Source: Thermodesulfobacteriota bacterium (lineage in GTDB: Bacteria > Desulfobacterota_D > UBA1144 > Nemesobacterales > UBA2774). From it: DNA of 64,000 bases. Made by a program: the position numbers and the translations under genes. Shown one piece after another: positions 60,710 through 64,000 of the stretch (its first letter is position 1; every line of letters starts with the position of its first letter). The notes beneath the pieces were generated by a model that searched no databases, was not told where the DNA came from, and worked only from the letters and a program-made list of their open reading frames with translations. The stretch spans positions 1,056,001-1,120,000 of the forward strand of contig OZ244991.1 in assembly GCA_965223335.1 (NCBI GenBank). Reading direction: 5' to 3'.

Positions 60710-61375
60710 ATGAAATTTCTCATTAGTTCTTTCAGGCAGAATTTTCTTACCGGTATACTTGTAACCGCACCGTTTGGTTTAACTATATTCATTCTGTTTA
60801 AGCTCGGCAGATGGATTATAAGCCTTGTGAGCGCTGCCCCGGCTAAATATATAAGCCCGCTCTCGGATCTACCCCAGACCCTTTTCCAAGTCACCACATT
60901 TACTATCGGTTTAGTCGGCACATTAATTATTCTTCTTATAGCGGGTGCTATAGCCAGAAACTTCATTGGCAGTAAATTGGTTGGATTCGGCGAGGGCCTC
61001 ATAAGCAGGATCCCACTGGCGCGTACCATTTATATTGCGACCAAGCAGGTGATTGAGACTCTGTTTCTGGGCAAGGGGATGAAGAACTTAAAGAGGGTGG
61101 CACTGATTCAGTACCCGAGACAGGGGGTGTACTCACTGGGATTTATAACGGGGAGCCTGAACGAGGGCGAGAATCATAATGCATCGGGCCAAAAGCTGGT
61201 GAGCATTTTTGTACCAACTACCCCCAACCCCACTAGCGGTTATTATATAATGCTCCCAGAGGACGATGTACAAGAGCTTTCAATCACGGTTGAAGACGCG
61301 TTTAGAATCATAATGTCTGCGGGCCTTGCCGCTAATCAAGTCGAAGATGCTAATCAGGGTGAAACAAACAATTGA
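60710..61375 (+). CDS. DUF502 membrane protein
   Basis: FLTGILV..P, RIP..R.IY, YPR.G and FVPTTPNPTSG motifs. Confidence 0.9.
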   Translation: MKFLISSFRQNFLTGILVTAPFGLTIFILFKLGRWIISLVSAAPAKYISPLSDLPQTLFQVTTFTIGLVGTLIILLIAGAIARNFIGSKLVGFGEGLISRIPLARTIYIATKQVIETLFLGKGMKNLKRVALIQYPRQGVYSLGFITGSLNEGENHNASGQKLVSIFVPTTPNPTSGYYIMLPEDDVQELSITVEDAFRIIMSAGLAANQVEDANQGETNN

Positions 61376-62723
61376 GCAGCACCAAATGCTTAACCCTGGC
61401 GATAAGGTTGTGTTGGGTGTCTCGGGCGGTGCGGACTCAATCGGTCTACTACACATTTTACTGGAACTCACGGAATACAATCTACACCCTATAGTTGCTC
61501 ATCTGAACCATGGCATCAGGGGCGAGGAAGCCCAGAGGGATGCGGCCTTTGTAGAGGGAGTTTGTAAGACCCTTTGCCTACCGTTCGAACTAAAAACCGT
61601 CGATACTCTAAGTTTTAAAGAAGGCTATAAACTCTCGCTCGAAGAGGCTGCTCGAGTGCTTAGGTACAACTTTTTTTATGAGCTTATGGACAAGCACAAG
61701 GCTCAAAAGATTGCCACAGCACACACACTCGACGACCAGGCCGAAACTGTTTTAATCAGACTGCTTCGCGGCTCGGGCCCCCGTGGTCTCTCTGCGATAA
61801 ACCCCGTTGTTAACAAAACCATAATAAGACCCCTAATAGATACACGCAGGTCCGAGATAACGGACTATTTGAGCACTCGCGATATCCAATGGGTTGAAGA
61901 CTCGACCAATGAAGACACCTCTATTCTCAGAAACAGGATTAGAAAAGAGCTTGTGCCTGTGCTTGAGAGCTACAATCCCAGGATCAAAGAGGGATTGTGC
62001 AGGTTGGCTCTGCTCTCGGGCTACGACTATGATTATTTAGAGAGCGAGGCTACCAAGCTTTTTCCTAGTGTATGGACGGTAAGAGAAAGTGGTTTAGAGG
62101 GCGAGCTTCGCCGCTACTCCGAGTTGCCCCCTGCTCTAAGACTCGCTCTACTTAGAAAGGGGATGGAAAATTATAAAGGTGACCTAAGAAATATATCTGC
62201 TTCTCAGATACTTTCAGCTGATGAATTATTACTCTCCGACACGCCTTCTGGTACTAGTGAGTTCGCAGAGGGGATCACCATAGAAAAGGGGTATGACCGG
62301 TTTCTTTTGTCTTCGAAAAATGCTCTGGGAGGGGAGTTTACTCATATAATAGACGGGGTCGGTCATTGGGAGTTTCCCAATTTATCGGTTGAGATCATCA
62401 AACACTCAGATCCCTCGGTTATTTCAGAGGATCTGTACACAGCTGATTTTGACAGCGCATTAGTTAATTTCCCCCTAACAGTGAGGAACCTAAGAGAAGG
62501 CGACAGGTTTGTGCCGCTTGGTATGAGTGGTACAAAAAAACTGCAAGACTATTTCGTGGACAGCAAAATTCCGCGGTACAAAAGAGCGAGAATCCCCATT
62601 TTTCAATCCGGTGGGGATATTATTTGGATAGGAGGGCACAGGATGGATGACAGGTATAAAGTAAGCCCAGATACAAAAGAAGTTTTACGGATACAGATCA
62701 AAAAAACTGGGGAATTCGACTAA
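61347..62723 (+). CDS. tilS: tRNA(Ile)-lysidine synthetase
   Basis: SGGADS, HLNHG.R, EE.AR..RY, AHT.DDQAET, RPL and RNRIR motifs; C-terminal GD.F.P.G..G.KKL domain. Confidence 0.96.
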   Translation: MLIRVKQTIEQHQMLNPGDKVVLGVSGGADSIGLLHILLELTEYNLHPIVAHLNHGIRGEEAQRDAAFVEGVCKTLCLPFELKTVDTLSFKEGYKLSLEEAARVLRYNFFYELMDKHKAQKIATAHTLDDQAETVLIRLLRGSGPRGLSAINPVVNKTIIRPLIDTRRSEITDYLSTRDIQWVEDSTNEDTSILRNRIRKELVPVLESYNPRIKEGLCRLALLSGYDYDYLESEATKLFPSVWTVRESGLEGELRRYSELPPALRLALLRKGMENYKGDLRNISASQILSADELLLSDTPSGTSEFAEGITIEKGYDRFLLSSKNALGGEFTHIIDGVGHWEFPNLSVEIIKHSDPSVISEDLYTADFDSALVNFPLTVRNLREGDRFVPLGMSGTKKLQDYFVDSKIPRYKRARIPIFQSGGDIIWIGGHRMDDRYKVSPDTKEVLRIQIKKTGEFD

Positions 62724-62837
62724 CCGTCGTCTTGTAAATCTCGGTAATAATTACCGAGATTGTGATATAATTATGCAGTCGGTACCAGTAAAATAGTTAG
62801 ATTATCTAGAGCTTTAGATCTCAAGAGGAACTCTTAG

Positions 62838-64000
62838 GTGAAAGACGAGAGAAAGACGAAAAAACAGCTTATAGAAGAACTGGACGGTTTGAGATCTAAG
62901 CTTTCCGAACTCGATAAACTTGCCAAGAAAAACAAGTACGAAGAGATCATTGAGTCCATAACCGGCAGTGTTCATAAATCGATAGATGTAGAAGAGGTCT
63001 ATCATAATGCCGTTGCGGTTATAAAAGATAATATAGATAGGGCCCACAATGTATCAGTGTATATGATCGAGGGCACGGATGCAGTGCTAAGGGCCTATGA
63101 AGGCTACCCGGACTGGTTCATAGAAAAAGTAACCAGGATACCTCCACCGAAGGGTTTCACGTGGAAAGTACTCTCAGAAGGCAAGCCGATATACTGTTCC
63201 GACGTGGATAAAGACAATGTAATAGGCGCGTTTGGTAAAAAGGTCGGCACCAAGAGTTATGCATCATTGCCGATTAAGTCCGGGGGCAAGACCGTGGGCT
63301 GTATAAATATCAATTCATACGATGAGGACTCATTTGACACTGATGAGATCAAGTTGTTTGATTTGGTTGCAAGACACATTGAACAAGCCATAGACAACGC
63401 ACGTCAAGCAGAGGAAATACGGAGTGCACGTGATGAGTTTGAGCAGAGGGTTAAGGACCGCACTTCTGATTTAGAGTTGGCAAACGAGACCCTGCAGGCG
63501 GAGATAGCAGAGCACAAACGTACCGAGAGCCTACTAAAAGAGACCCAAGAGCGTTACATCACATTAATCGAAAATGTATTCGATCTTATCATCGAGATCA
63601 CCATCACCGGTGAGATCCTCTACGCCAGCCCCAAACACGAAGAGGTGCTCGGGTACACAGCAGAGGAGATGATCGGTCAAAATTCCCTCGAGTACGTCCA
63701 CCCCGACGATTTCTCAGTTGTTATGCAGGTTTTTCAAAAGGCTATTATCGAGCTTAAGTCTGTGCAGACCACCGTTTATAGGTGCAGGCACAAAAGCGGT
63801 ATGTGGCGTTGGTTAGAGAGTTCCGGGCGTCCGTTCCAGTCGGTTGATGGCGATGTGCGCGGGGTGATAGCATCGCGCGATATTACCGAACGCAAACTGG
63901 CAGAAGAAGCGCTTGTGATGGAGCGCGAACGACTCGAGGTCACGATGGGGAGTATTAGTGATGGGATTATACTGATTGATTCCGAGAACCGCATCCTCCT
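62838..64000 (+). CDS. GAF-PAS-PAS sensor protein, likely a histidine kinase; runs off the window end
   Basis: Absent from the ORF track; manual translation from the GTG at 62838 gives MKDERKTKKQLIEEL..., a GAF domain (SYASLPIKSGGKTVGCININS), a coiled coil (EQRVKDRT..L), a PAS domain (VHPDD...WRWLES...RDITERK) and the start of a second PAS. Confidence 0.88.
   Translation, partial: MKDERKTKKQLIEELDGLRSKLSELDKLAKKNKYEEIIESITGSVHKSIDVEEVYHNAVAVIKDNIDRAHNVSVYMIEGTDAVLRAYEGYPDWFIEKVTRIPPPKGFTWKVLSEGKPIYCSDVDKDNVIGAFGKKVGTKSYASLPIKSGGKTVGCININSYDEDSFDTDEIKLFDLVARHIEQAIDNARQAEEIRSARDEFEQRVKDRTSDLELANETLQAEIAEHKRTESLLKETQERYITLIENVFDLIIEITITGEILYASPKHEEVLGYTAEEMIGQNSLEYVHPDDFSVVMQVFQKAIIELKSVQTTVYRCRHKSGMWRWLESSGRPFQSVDGDVRGVIASRDITERKLAEEALVMERERLEVTMGSISDGIILIDSENRIL

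Noticed and set aside
62814..63994. Minus-strand ORFs 62814-63047 and 63776-63994
   Set aside because: Antisense to the GAF-PAS sensor gene that runs off the window.
1..64000. CRISPR arrays, IS elements, prophage genes and rRNA
   Set aside because: No regularly spaced repeats and no transposase, integrase or phage structural motifs were seen by eye.

Overview
Bacterial chromosomal window made mostly of housekeeping genes. The gene set and style suggest a Deltaproteobacteria-like lineage, possibly Ca. Dadabacteria; this is inference and was not checked. Contents in order: pabC (partial) and pabB, a membrane Fe-S oxidoreductase, an SLT/SPOR lytic transglycosylase under a c-di-GMP-I (GEMM-I) riboswitch, an exosortase H-like pair, radC, sixA, speB, groEL/groES, yraN/mutS, hspQ, hisC/tyrA, a pstSCAB-arsC-phoU operon with a Pho-box-like array, prmC-murA-hisG, an ergothioneine cluster (egtB, egtD) with DUF427 and a betaine-type ABC transporter, gamma-CA, herA and tRNA-Glu(CTC). 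An AT-rich accessory island (about 34.8-41.6 kb) follows the tRNA. After it come LOG, ArfB-like, CBS, bolA/grxD, a PsrA-like TetR gene with an RpoS/group-2 sigma gene, nupC, ggt, nadBCA, glnD, pheT-ihfA, tilS and a partial GAF/PAS sensor. The most unusual element lies in the island: an 878-aa protein with a putative RHH domain and two tandem amino-methyltransferase domains, preceded by a perfect 13-bp inverted repeat and convergent with a four-CxxC HNH nuclease. This looks like a self-regulating restriction-modification or defence system for an asymmetric site. All calls come from reading motifs by eye; no searches were run.
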